From positions 1-59,964 of the forward strand of contig KZ538599.1 in assembly GCA_000934665.2 (NCBI GenBank): a stretch of 59,964 nucleotides of DNA. The letters are read 5' to 3'. The notes beneath the pieces are model-generated. The model made no database searches. It worked only from the letters and a program-made list of their open reading frames with translations, and was not told where the DNA came from. The stretch is from Catajapyx aquilonaris (lineage: Eukaryota). Each line of letters opens with the position of its first letter. Position 1 is the stretch's first letter. Below, piece by piece: positions 1-12,255 of this stretch. The position numbers were made by a program, and so were the translations under genes.

Positions 1-1831
1 CGTAATCCCCATAAGGCGCCATGTTAATTTCGCCTTCCCGCCTCCCTTTTGCCCTAAGTCACGTGATCCCCCCTCAGAGTGGGGGGTTTCACTTCTGGGC
101 TTGCTCGTAAACGGGAGGGGAGCGTCTACTGGTATATATGGTCTAAGAGCCAGACGTCCTAGAGCCGCCATATTGCTGCAGTATGCAGTCAACAACAGTC
201 AAGAGCGCCAAGAGAAGCCATACAAGCATTTGATACAAGTAACTCGGAAGTTGCATCGTAAAAGTTGAATAAAAAATTTAAAAATTAAGGCCGCTGGGAG
301 GGATGAATACTTGCCAGAACATGATGTTACACGGATGGATATGTGAAAAAGTCTAAATTGTCGGCATTTTGAAAATAAAAATCTAGAAGTTTTCCCATCA
401 CCCCAATTAATTTGTGACACGTACTTTGGTGACACTTGATCGATTCTGTCCTTTCTCTATTATTCCGGGTGCAGTTTCTCTGCATTTCTGTTTTATCATG
501 CATATTATGCCAAAATAATAATATCATTCATCGACCAAAACATTTTATTTGTGAAAAGTGGATTTCAAGTAGTGTGGCGCTGTTTCAAATGTTTCTGGAT
601 TAACATCTTACGAAATGATAGCCAGTTGTCCGAAAGCATTTTTTTTAATCGACGATTTTTGTGAGGTGTTCATTACACAAAAGGCGACATAAATGGAGAT
701 TTTATTCTTCATTTTGATTTGACGTCGCGTCGATGGGAGATGACTTTGAACAGGCAGGATGTGTAACACCAAGAGCTAATATTAGCTCTTGGTAACACCA
801 AGACAGGTAGGCCTATACTGAGGTAATAACGTGAATAAAATCCTGAAAAGTAAGGTAGCAAGGGCCTACTCATCGTCAACTGTATGTTTTCAGGTATGTA
901 AACGATTGTGCGCAATAGTTGATGTTAAATGTTAAGAAGAATGTTTAACCCTCAGATCCCGGCAAGTAAATGGCAGGTATAGGGCCTACTACCGAGAAAG
1001 CAGTTTTTTGTTTTGTTTTTTTTTAGCTTTTTAGTCAAGTCCTTATTGTGACCACAAAAACAATGCTACAATAAAAGATTATACACTATATATTATGTTC
1101 ATTGCGTTTTGCCCACTTGCACTTTTTTTAAAAAAATCGGAAGAAATGGCCTAGCCCTTTTCAAAACTTCGCTATATATTCTTACCTCCCGTGGAATCGT
1201 GCAATATGGATGAAACTTGGTATGCAGCGTTATGGCACAACCCTTTATAGCTGTGATTTTTTCAGCAAAATCCGAGTAGATATGGTCTAGCAACATTTCG
1301 GCCCACTTATTGATTCGGAATGACCCCAACATATCTTGACGACTTAGGTTTTATGACTGCCCCACTTAGGTCAATTACAAAGTTATTCAGACAGCGTGAA
1401 AGGTCAGATATAGCAATGAATTCCCATGAATTCGTTTTATTAAACTGATTTTAAAAATCTAGCAAAAAAAAGCAAAAATACCAAAAAGAATTCTTACAAA
1501 AATCAATTGCGTTTTTGTGGGGGAATAAGCGCCAAATTTTTATCCCAAGTTCAGTTTTATGATTTTTTTTAAAATTTTTGCAAAAAGGCAACTGTACCAA
1601 ACGGACTCATTGTAAAAATTCTGTGTTTCATTGGGCGGGGGGGGGGGGNGGGGGGGGGCAAATTTTGGCCTCGCACAGGGCGCCATATATTACATAAGTC
1701 CGCCCCTGCCCTGGTAAGCACAATGATATAAATTGCAATATTAAAAATAATATAACATGAAATTAAATACGGTATGTCCTAGTTGTATGCTCTTCCGGCA
1801 TCGTCGTTTGAATCATACAAATCGCGTGACT

Positions 1832-1845
1832 AAAAATGGCGGCGC
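1832..1845 (+). promoter_or_regulatory. YY1/Pho-type AAAATGGCGGC motif in the CpG-rich promoter region of the TraB-domain gene
   Basis: aaaaatggcggcg lies in a CpG-rich stretch about 300 bp upstream of the putative first exon. Confidence 0.35.
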
Positions 1846-2135
1846 CCATTCCGCAAATAGCAGACGTCGCGTCGTACCCATAATATCTACATGCAAAAAG
1901 AGCCCCAAGCTATCAATAGCGCCTCCGCTGCGGTAAATAGTCCCCCGCAATATTTTCCCTCCCCTGAATAAAATACACAGTGCAGTAATTGTCCAGGTGC
2001 ACGATCAGGCTCCATGTCCCACGTACGTATGCATCAGTGTTGCCTAGTTGTTGGGTGTTGTATTGGGAAGAAGGCGGGAGTGGGTGGGCAGATCTCATTT
2101 CGCGCGGGATCGCTTCCGACCGTATCCATCCGCCG

Positions 2136-2313
2136 TGTCGGTTGGGACGCCATCCATCCCCTTCCCTCCCCCTTTTCCCTCATCATCCCCTCTCCTCTTC
2201 GGCTGTGTTCTCGTGTGTTCTAGAGCGGTTTTGCGGTGAGGAAAACGGGAAAAGTGTGTTCAGGACGGCCCGCGGGCATCCTCAACGCTTCTGAGACGCA
2301 GCCCCAGCAGCCG
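2136..2313 (+). other. Probable non-coding first exon (5' UTR) of the TraB-domain gene; 5' boundary approximate
   Basis: CpG-rich segment ending in a strong donor CCG|GTAAGT (GT at 2314); matching acceptor tctctactttcag ends at 5021, just upstream of the ATG at 5068. Confidence 0.6.
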
Positions 2314-3054
2314 GTAAGTGCGAATGGGGGTCATGTGCCTTGTCTGGGGAGGGTCTCACCAGGGAGGGTCGTGTCTGGTTGCGTTGTGCCGGCTTGCATG
2401 GATTCTAACAGGGAAAGGGTATTGTTGGCAGTTGGCGTGGCAAGCGTTTCATTGCCGCGTACTTTGCATTGCTGGCATTGTTGGAAGTGGGCAGGGTTGG
2501 GGCATTGGGCAAGTGGAGTTGGACAGTCTTGCAGCAGTTGTGTTGGGGAAGACTAGAGTCAGTGCACCATGCCAGTAACAAAGGGCCGTCGTTGTGTGGT
2601 GGGAGGCAGCAGATACAAAGAGAGTTAACACCTCTCTTCCACTCACTCGCCCTTTCACTCCCAGTTACTTAACTGCTCCTTTGTTACAGCCAGATAGCCA
2701 TATAATAATGTTTCTTATTGATTAGTTGCTTGCCCCAGTTACACTTGAATGACCAGTCAATGATTTAATTGTCCAGGGTTCAGTGATGTCAAGTAAATTC
2801 TCCTCAGCATAGAATGTTGGATTTTTATCAATTAGTTTGCGCATCTTTCTTGAAAAGGGTCAATTAAATTGTGTATGACAATGGACGTAAGTATTGCTAG
2901 ATGACCCGTTATATTATGGTCAGGATTAATATGTTATTAGATGCAAAGGACACAATTTTAATATGACTCACAAGTCATCTGTTCTACTGTATAGTTTCCC
3001 ACTTGCTTAAAAAAGTTGGTACACTGTTATTATCTTGTAATACATAGTACTGAC

Positions 3055-3426
3055 TTTCAGGTGTCGTTTGAATGATATGAATGGGTGATAGTTGGATGGT
3101 GCCACCCACAGATTTGTCACAATCTGACAATCACCTGTTCCCAACACTCAAACGACACCTGAAAAAATTGCGTTTCAACCTTGGTTTCAACACTGACAGC
3201 AAGAGCTAATACTGACAGTGATGATGCGGTCATGGACGGTGTCCGTGAATGGTGTGATGACCAACAGACCAAGGCATCTTTTTTTTTGAGAAGGGATGCA
3301 AAGCTAGACCACTGTTTAGGAAGAGTACATCATATACTCCAGGAGGGCTATGTAGAGAAGTGTTAAAGTGCCATATGCCTGGGACAACTCCTTCACAGGT
3401 AGGCTACTTATCAAGCACCCCTCGTA
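3055..3426 (+). mobile_element. Degraded mariner (Tc1/mariner) 3' remnant with a foldback at its left end
   Basis: Translates to PPTDLSQSDNHLFPTLKRHLKKLRF...DDAVMDGVREWCDDQ...GYVEK, matching the mariner YSPDLAPSDYHLF motif and C-terminus; ends in a mariner-like TIR acttatcaagcacccctcgTA (3406-3426). Confidence 0.8.
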
Positions 3427-5067
3427 TAATAAGGGACATCTAAAAAAATTCTCACCTTTACCTGCAAGATATACAATTAAATGTCATTTACACGGAACCA
3501 AGAAACCATAACAGGTCCACTATTCCTAATCCAGATATGATTATGTGACAAAATATGAAATGGAATAAATTTTGTGGGCATCAAAAAAGATGACAACCTA
3601 ACCAACAGCATTCATCCTTGTTGACATGAAACCAGATTCTCAACAATCTGTTATTGGCAATACAGTGGTCAGAAAGTGCCAAACAAAATATAGGTTAATA
3701 ATAACGGATGACTCGTAGTGGAATATGGATCCGAGTTCCTCAGTGCTGTGTAAATAGCCCCTATGGTCTTGGGATGTGATAAGGTTACTATGTGGGTACA
3801 ATATTCATCTGGGGGTAACAAGTTAATTTTCTTTGCCTAAAGAAATCGTTTCCCCAGGAAACTTGGCAATAGAATGGAACGTAATGGTATTATTACCATT
3901 TTATTGTATTTTGATATATTTAAAACACATATCACAAAGAATATGGGCAAAAAGAGGAAGTATGTACCTAAACACCTAGCAACTATGTAAAAGACATGAC
4001 AAACATTTTTATATACTCAAAGTTCACATGTGACATTGCACTTTATCTACCCTGGTTGCAATAATGCTGTCTTGTGTGTGCTGCTGAACTTGAATTAATT
4101 TTTTTTAATTAATATGGGTGAAAATTGATCAGTGAGCCTGTATTACTTTTTGCAACATGTGTTAGTAATACTGGAAGTGCCCAAAGTTGGGTGCAGGTGT
4201 GAAGGACATAGCCTCAACTATTTTCCCAACAGCCATATCTTCAGCGTTTTTTATGCATGCTCTTCAGAAGGTAGCTTCCTGCATGTCATGCAACAGTGAC
4301 TCTTTAGTTTAGAACCTATCACTCGTATCATTTTCAGGGAACCAAATAAATTGTAATCATTATCATCTGTGCGCCTTTTATTGGAGGGAATTTAGTAATT
4401 TGAAGACCCCCTGCTCCATAAAGCAATTACCCTTATTGTGACTCCTGTTTAGGTTGGATAATATTGGGACTGCATGTGCAAATTGGAGAATCAAAGCATT
4501 GATATCGAGATGATCTGTAATAATTGTCACATGATACAGATTGTGTGTCAGGTAGATAACCCCACATGGTCAGAGATTCATATCACTATAATATTATGCA
4601 TCACCTGATGCTATTATATTTTTGCTCAGAGCACTGTTTTAATATGAGGCGCTTAGAACAAAAGTGGCCCAAGTCCATTTTTGCCACTGCCGGGAAACCA
4701 CCGCCATCACGCTCAGAAGACTACTCCAAGTTGGTTCAAAGTTGGTGTAGGTCCTAATTTGGACATTTGGCCAGTAGATGGAGTAATCATATTATTTTAT
4801 GCTCCAAGGAGAAGTGCCTCTGCATGGGGCATATTTCAGGTCAATTTTTGTAGCATTATTTTTTTTTGGACTTGGACCACTTGCTTTTGTTCTAAGCGCC
4901 TCATATGTTACACCTGCATTCACAATCACTGACCTGATGTAGCATAGGAAGTGCTGCTTTTATGTCATTGAAAGCTCTATATACTAATCAATCCATCTGT
5001 TCTCCATCTCTCTACTTTCAGACTGACTGTGGCCTGGAACCAGTGAGACTGACTTTAGGTGATAGCA

Positions 5068-6237
5068 ATGGAAGAGGAGCCTGTGTACGGCACTCCCAAC
5101 AGCACCCTGATTTTAGAGGCTTCAGATACCGACATAGAGGACCTGAACTCGAACGAGTCCACCCTGATCCCTTCCCCCAGCCAAACCCCAGCAGAGTCCT
5201 CAACCCAATTATGGTCACCACAACGAGAAGTGGGAGCAGGGGATGGTCTCCCAGCCACCGTGACATGTCTAGAAGGTGCTCAAGGAGCCAAGGTGTACCT
5301 TGTGGGGACAGCCCATTTCAGCAGTGAGAGCCAGGAGGATGTAGCCATCACAATACGCAATGTGCAGCCAGATGTGGTTGTGTTGGAGCTGTGCCAAGGG
5401 AGGGTCAGCGTTCTTGAGCTCCACGAGGAAACAGTTGTACAGGAAGCCAAGTCAATCAATTTCAACAAGGTGGGAAGCCCATTTATTTTGTGCTTAAGTC
5501 TTGCATATTGTTTTCACTATTCTCATCGATGTGTGTTTCTTCAGCTGCGGACGATTCTTAACAATGGGCTGGTTCAGGGCATACTCCACCTGCTGCTGCT
5601 GAGTATGTCGACCCAGATGACTAATGAGCTGGGCCTGGCACCAGGTGGAGAATTCCGCCGTGCCTTGGCCGAGGCCCGCAGAGTGGATGGGGGTTGCCTA
5701 GTCCACTTGGGAGACCGACCATACCAGGTGACCCTTCAACGTGCCCTAGCTGCTCTCTCCCTCTGGCAAAAGTTCCGTCTGGCTTGGCACTTCCTGTCAA
5801 GCAGGGAATCCGTCAGCAAGGAAGATGTGGAACGAGGAAAGCAGCGGGACATCCTGGAGGAGACGCTGGCAGAGATGACAGGGGAGTTCCCTGTTGTCAG
5901 TAGAGTGTTTGTCCATGAGAGGGATGTGTACCTGGTGCACTCCCTGGAGGTAGCAGCTTCAGTTTCAGTGGAAATGGCCATCCAGAAGAACTCAGAGCGG
6001 AAGGGAGGGGTGGTTGTAGGGGTGGTAGGGATAGGGCATGTGCCAGGAATAGTCTCTATGTGGGGACAAGTACAGGACTCGGACATACCCCCACTGATGG
6101 AGGTACCTCCACCCTCCATGGTGAGGAGGCTCTTGGGGCTGAGTGTGAGGGGGGCCATCTTCGGGTTGGTGCTTTGGGGGACAGTCAAAGTGGTGCGCAA
6201 GACCATCCCACATGTCCAGGGCCTATTACATAGGTAA
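5068..6237 (+). CDS. TRABD: TraB domain-containing protein (TraB/PrgY family, C-terminal membrane anchor); exons 5068-5469 and 5545-6237, about 364 aa
   Basis: Motifs VYLVGTAHFS..SQEDV..I..VQPDVVVLELC, APGGEFRRA, LGDRP.QVTL.RA, VFVHERD.YL, VVVGVVGIGHVPGI; hydrophobic C-terminal segment; 75-nt intron AAG|GTGGGA...tttcttcag|CTG. Confidence 0.93.
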   Translation: MEEEPVYGTPNSTLILEASDTDIEDLNSNESTLIPSPSQTPAESSTQLWSPQREVGAGDGLPATVTCLEGAQGAKVYLVGTAHFSSESQEDVAITIRNVQPDVVVLELCQGRVSVLELHEETVVQEAKSINFNKVGSPFILCLSLAYCFHYSHRCVFLQLRTILNNGLVQGILHLLLLSMSTQMTNELGLAPGGEFRRALAEARRVDGGCLVHLGDRPYQVTLQRALAALSLWQKFRLAWHFLSSRESVSKEDVERGKQRDILEETLAEMTGEFPVVSRVFVHERDVYLVHSLEVAASVSVEMAIQKNSERKGGVVVGVVGIGHVPGIVSMWGQVQDSDIPPLMEVPPPSMVRRLLGLSVRGAIFGLVLWGTVKVVRKTIPHVQGLLHR

Positions 6238-6798
6238 TGGGTATAGGCATCCGGACGAAGTGGGAGGATCTATGTTGCTGACCTGTGTTGCAGGACCAGG
6301 TCAGATCAAATATGCTCTACCTTGGCTGTTCAGATTCTATTATATTTGTGCTAAGTAAGCAAAATTCTGAGCAGTTGAGCATTTCTGACATGCCTGAAAC
6401 ATTTTTTCACTATAACCAACATCATATGCATGTTTTGTAATTTAAAGAAGAAGAAAAAGTAAAGACAAAAAATTAACGTATTGACTTAGGAATTGATTTC
6501 ACTGACCTAAATGTAATTGTAACAAGCTTATTCCATAAATTTCCTGTTAACATTTGGAGATTCCTGGAACTAATTACTTTGCTGGAATTTTGCAAACAAT
6601 ATAGTAGTGCACTCTTCCCAATGTCTGAACTGCAGAAGGTTCACTTTTTGTTTGTTTTTGTTGAGTTCTAGGCGAGCTCAGTGTTGAGCTAGTGATATGC
6701 TTTGAGCCTATAGGCATCAATATATTGTGAGATGCATTACAAAAGGTACTTTTCAAGGTGCTACTTTGTTTCCCCTTGTCTCTCTCCATGTCGTAAGA

Positions 6799-6804
6799 AA
6801 TAAA
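6799..6804 (+). terminator. Likely polyadenylation signal of the TraB-domain gene
   Basis: AATAAA about 560 nt after the stop codon, followed by a GT-rich tract. Confidence 0.45.
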
Positions 6805-8404
6805 ATGGTTGTGTCCGGATGCAATCTGGCATTCAAATCATAGTTATTTGTCAACAGATTCGTATATTACCTTCTTGGTGACCAAATTTTGTAATGAAAA
6901 AGTTTGTTTTTGATGTCTCTTCGATAGTTGAAGTACCCAAAGTGTAAATCAGTACCTGCACGATGGTAGGTCTTTTCTGCCACATTGCTTTGGCTGGAAC
7001 CAACTGCATGTTAGGCATGGAATCGTCTTGATTGTACTTGAGCTGCACCCCAGTATATTTGCTCACATTGAGGAAAGTGCAACGTTGGTTTCTGAGAAAC
7101 GAGGTCTTACGATATGTTGATGTGCATAGGCATAACTGAAAAGTGCCCCACAGATGGTGGTCTTCCAAGAGAGCATTTAAGCATTTTATGTGACTCAATG
7201 GAAAAGTGCATTTGTATTCAAGTAAACAGTACAGTAATGGCCCGCCCTACAGTGATGGCTCACTGCATCTTGGTTCTATAATAAATAAGCCGTGTAAATG
7301 CCATACCATGAAAAAGTGACCATGTTGTGACACCTGGAACCCTTGGCTTGTAGTAGGTCGAAAATCAGTCCACTGAGGTCATTGCAAGAGCAGTAATGGC
7401 ACCTCACAAACAGACCTGCTGCTTATGTAGGATAAACCATACAGTGACGGCCAGTTTCTACAACCTGCATGCTTTTGTGTGGATTTATCTCGTGTCAGTT
7501 ATGCCTACGGTCCTAATACCAATAGTACCTACTGTCCTTAGTACTGTAGAATGATATCCTATTGTTTTGCTGCCATGACCATCATTATCTTGGCACCTGG
7601 CCATTTAGGCAGTATATTTTGTGCATTTAAAGATACGCACACATGCCGACAGATTTAAATGAATTTGATGGAATGTGAACTAGCAAATCCTCGGTTATTA
7701 GATAAACATTTTAGAATATTTATGCAGAAAGAAATTCTGATGGTATTCATGTATTACTCTGACCAATACGCTAAACTGGCCATCACTATGCAGTTTACCC
7801 TAACTATCATTATTTGGAAGGAAGTCACCCTTGTAGTTGTGCCTGCAGGATGTTTGTTCGTAGTTAAAAGGTGAGGTGTCGGAGAATTTTTCACTTCTGT
7901 ACACGTGACTCTCAATTATTGAGAGCCTCGCTCTCACATCTTCTGACATCTCATGATGTGTAATTTTGTGGATAGGTTGCAAAATATTAACACATGACTG
8001 TTCCGCAATGATTAATCCTAATTATAGCAAAGCTGGGCTGTTGATGAGAGAAAAGTATGCAGTAGGGGTGGTCTAAAAAACACATTTTTAGAAAGTTGGA
8101 ATGCAAGAGTGAAAAAAAGTTGTGTTGGGTGATATATCCTTATGACGTGTGAAAAATATAGGTCATGTGAGTCATCTGTAATAGGGTTCGCGAGGGGCGT
8201 ATCTGAGGTGACCTCACATCACTTCCGGGTTGTCACCTTTTTGGGTGCGGGTACACTTTCTTAACCTAATACCTAAACACGGGAAAGTGTGGACCTTGGG
8301 GTCAATATTTGAAATTTCGTTATTTTTGCGATATCTTGCACCGTTTAGGAGATAAGGCTCAACACAAAGGGCAGAAAATTACGGAAAAGTTCACAGTTTT
8401 GAAT

Positions 8405-8927
8405 GAAGCAGTGAGAACCAGAAGTTGTTAAGTCCATTTTTTCCATTTTTCAGGAGAGTAGTTTGAAAGTTTCACATAATGTTTGACACACCTTTCTTTG
8501 ACATTACAGTCTCGGTAATTGTTGTGATATCACTACTATTGTAAGTTAATGTAATGTAAATATGGAGTATCTAGTGCCTACACTGCAGGAGAAAAAATAA
8601 CAATTAATTTTAATTTTTTAACCACTTCAATGAGGAAATGGAGTGAAATAATATCTCCTAAATTAATTTTAGTCCCTTTATTAGGCCTGAATGTGATGAC
8701 AATAATTATAAATACATTTTTTATGAAGGCCCTTTTTGGACTTATCAACATCTGACACGAAATTTCTCTTCAGTGCTAAGAGTATCCCGGTCTGAAAAGG
8801 GGACTTATAATCATCTGGCTGGGATAAAACATTTTTCAAAGAAAATATGCCTGATAGAGGCCTAGAATTTGCCCTTATCTCAAAATCGCCAAAAATGGAC
8901 TTAACAACTTCTGGTTCTCGCTGCTTC
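8405..8927. mobile_element. Non-autonomous DNA transposon (MITE) with ~37-bp TIRs and 4-bp TSD, Sola-like
   Basis: GAAGCAGTGAGAACCAGAAGTTGTTAAGTCCATTTTT ... AAAAATGGACTTAACAACTTCTGGTTCTCGCTGCTTC; flanks GAAT/AAAT; empty site visible in the paralogous copy at 9130-9150. Confidence 0.85.
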
Positions 8928-8931
8928 AAAT

Positions 8932-9330
8932 GCGTTCGTATGTAATTGAAGGGTGCAGGTTCAGAGGAAAAAAAGCATATAATGACCCCTTTGGAATTGA
9001 AGAATTTATTTATGATTCACATGGTTGTGTACTACAGTGCTCCTTGTTTTGAGTTTGGCCACCTCAAAAAGTATAGCTGCCTGGTAGAGTTTGTCCTTGT
9101 GTGTGCATGATAGTCCAAATTACTCTTTTGTTCACAGTTTTAAAAGTGTTCTTATGTAATTGAAGAGTGCAGGTTCAGAGCAAAAAAATAAAGCATATAA
9201 TGACCACTTTGGCATTGAAGAATTTATTTCTGATTCACATGGTTGTGTACTACAATCCTCCTTGTTTTTAGTTTGGCCACATCAAAAAGTATACTGCCTC
9301 GTAGAGTTTGTCCTTGTGTGTGCATGATAG
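8932..9330. repeat. Tandem duplication of a ~200-bp unit (about 8932-9113 and 9146-9330)
   Basis: Two diverged direct copies of tatgtaattgaag.gtgcaggttcagag...gtagagtttgtccttgtgtgtgcatgatag. Confidence 0.9.
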
Positions 9331-10314
9331 CAACACTCTCAGAGGGGCTCAAATCATGACTTTATTTTTGTTGTATGTCAGATTGTGCTATAGTTGTTGA
9401 TCCCAACTGATTACAGTAAGGTACTGTATGTATTCTTAAACTGTTGCTTTGGTATGGCTACTTTTAAAAGTTGTCATAAATATTCGCTGCTAATAATATT
9501 GGAGTGTCCCCCCATCCTGCCATCCAGTACTCTGGAGTCTGGACTGACTTCAAGGGCGGCGCGGCGGCGACGCGACGGTTGCAGACGCTGCATTTCTTTT
9601 TGCGGAGTCGTATACTTGCTCTTTTGGTCGCCGGCCATCTGCCGCCATATTAGCTCGTGGCAACTAAGAGTCGGTCAAATCTTTATCGGGGAACTCCCAC
9701 ATTTAATTAAACACAATTTAAATATAAATCTTGTTCGCTGAGTTTCACTTGCCCCTACGTAATGTTGCTATATGAAGTTCTGGCCCTTCGCGTCAGTTTT
9801 GCGCCAAATGGAAACACAGCATCTTGCCTGGAATAGTAACTTACCGATAATTTCAAGTGACATGCCAAGACATTGAAATTTGGGTAACGAAATGTGTACT
9901 CTCCCGTATTTGAGAGGACGAAATTTCGAACGTCCGACTCCGAATCGACTGAAGGACAGAGAGATTATAGTTTTGCTGCGTTGCTGCCGAGCAAATGGTA
10001 CCTGTGAGAGGACCTACGTACAACAGAGTGTTATGGTCAACAATAACGTTACCAACCTGAACTCATTCGATTGATAAATTCACATGTCACAGTTGAATGT
10101 GACGTTGGGGCAATTGGACCATTGCCTTCCCTCCCGGCAGACCATGTTATCTGACCTTGCTTGAACAGCCCTTTTTGTTTTGTACTCACTCCCTTTTTGA
10201 GCTTCACGATGTGAGGGTGTCCAGAGGAGCTGTATTGGGTTTGGGAGTCTCCGTTGCTGATGGTATTGTTGAACCGGGGTTCAGGGTTCATTGCTGAGGG
10301 ATTTGAGGGGGCAA

Positions 10315-10490
10315 GTTGAACGCACGTCAAGTGTGAGGTTCAGTGAGTTGCATGTCCTATTCTTCCCATTGTTATATCATCAGGTATTCACTATTTTGGG
10401 GAAATGTTGAACGCACTAAAGTGTGAGGTTCAGTGAGTCTGTATGACCTATCCTCCCCATTATTGCATTATCGAGTGTTCTTTATTTTGG
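10315..10490. repeat. Diverged tandem dimer of a ~91-bp unit
   Basis: gttgaacgcac...aagtgtgaggttcagtgagt occurs twice, at about 10315 and 10406, with similar downstream sequence. Confidence 0.75.
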
Positions 10491-11864
10491 AATCCATTGT
10501 TGCAAAGGTTAAATGAGCAATGTACGGATTGATTCATTGATTGTGAAGAGGTTTATTTGATTGATGTGTTGGATGCAACAGGGGAAAGGAAGGGGATTCG
10601 AAGCACATGTCATAATAAGGTGTTGAAAAGCAGATGTAAGGTCAGAGTTGTGTGTATTACAAGTATGTTTTGTTGGGCATTAAATGGTGCAAATTGCCGT
10701 TACATGATCATTAACTGAGTCCACTGCGCTTGATTTATCTCGAACCTATATGACCTATAGGTTCCGTTTGGGACTTCTGGCCTCTCCTTGTCCTGTGACA
10801 TCACATGCGCATCTGAATGTGATGGGTATGTGCTGTTATTATCCATCACTTGCGAACCTCATCGGCACAAGTTATGCTGGAACTAATAATTTTTAAAAGA
10901 GCTCGAGGTAGTATCAAACAGAAGTTTACCGCGCAAACAAGAGTAACGATTGACAAAAGGACTCTTGAGGGGTTGATTTATGAATGTATCAAACCTCATC
11001 AAACTATGTTTATTAGTTTCAGATGAGGAAATTGCTTATTGGATATAATATTTCAATACCAATCACGTTAATTGAATTGCCTAGCAATTTCAAAACTTGA
11101 ATGCCTATATGAATGCCTGTGCCATTTACATGATTGTGTTGATCTCAAAGAGATGTAAAGTTATTTCTCAATGAGAAAGTATTAATTATATTGTACACAA
11201 ATAAATGAATTAAGTTAATATCTGACAGGTTTTCTTCAATGGTGCTGGCATTGAAATCCTTGCAGTAAGGAGCAGAAACTAAGTGCAACACTTTGAATGA
11301 GCTATTGTCACTGGAATGGATGAACATATAAAAGCCAGTGGGTAACAATCAAGTACAGTTTATTATTCGTCAGGGTGAGTGTGTGAGGGCAATAGGTCAG
11401 GGATGGGATATGACGACCAAACAAGTGCCAATATATAGCAAGAAAACCGCAATGGCCAATGGGAGTTGACAAGTTGCACTAGAAGACTAGATGTAGAAAA
11501 AAAAACGGCCTTGAAACCAGATATGGGTACATAAAATACGGTAATGCAGTGAAATGCAGGAAGTTATACATAGCAAGATCTGGTACGGTCACACTATCCA
11601 CCCAAAAAGATTTTTGGCTTTGCAGGTTTAGAGCCAAAATTTCAAAACACATAATTGCTTCAAGATATATAAGATATATTCTCACAAGCATGCTCAAACC
11701 GCAGTAGCTGTGGGGGTTAATTGTGATCATTAATGTGTTATATAGATTGAGGAAAAATACTGAATAGCATGAGGAGAGAGGGAAACAAAACAATGGTCAA
11801 ATGGATAATCCGGCCAAATATATTAAACCTGAAGACAACTTCAAAGCAACAGCATACGAAAATG

Positions 11865-12255
11865 TCAAAGAAAATGATCAGCATTGAGTTGATTTTGCGA
11901 ACTTGGCGCGCCACCTTTGAAACTGTTAAACCACTTATATGTTATTACTTGTCTTACAACTTGCTCATCAAAAGCCTTGTTCAGCATTCGGTTGGTTGCA
12001 TCCGAAGTTTTGTTGAGCTGGAAGCAAAATTTAATACAAATCTTTTGCTCCCTAACATCAGCCAATTCGAAAAATCGCAGAAGCACAAGAACACGGTGTC
12101 AAGAAAACTGACGAAACTCGGAAACATGTGAAGACGAGATTTTTCAGACTAATAGATGAAAGGTGCACCTAGCGCCCCCTAACGTCACAAGTTCGTAGCT
12201 CCACTGGTTTGCACGGTATATCGACAGTCCGGGAACTTTTTGATCACACCTCGTA
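11865..12255 (-). mobile_element. Mariner 5' remnant (TIR plus degraded transposase N-terminal HTH)
   Basis: ORF 11865-12086 reads EQKICIKFCFQLNKT..TNRMLNKAFDEQ...YKWFNSFKGG (mariner Mos1-type HTH); TIR TAcgaggtgtgatcaaaaagttcccggact ends at 12255. Confidence 0.88.

Noticed and set aside
945..1710. Possible piggyBac-like left end (TTAACCC at ~946) and hAT-like right end (tccgcccctg at ~1708)
   Set aside because: Matching opposite ends and TSDs were not found; probably degraded TE fragments with boundaries I cannot define.
5018..6213. Minus-strand ORFs over TRABD (e.g. 5736-6206)
   Set aside because: Antisense shadows of the real CDS, with no recognisable domain.
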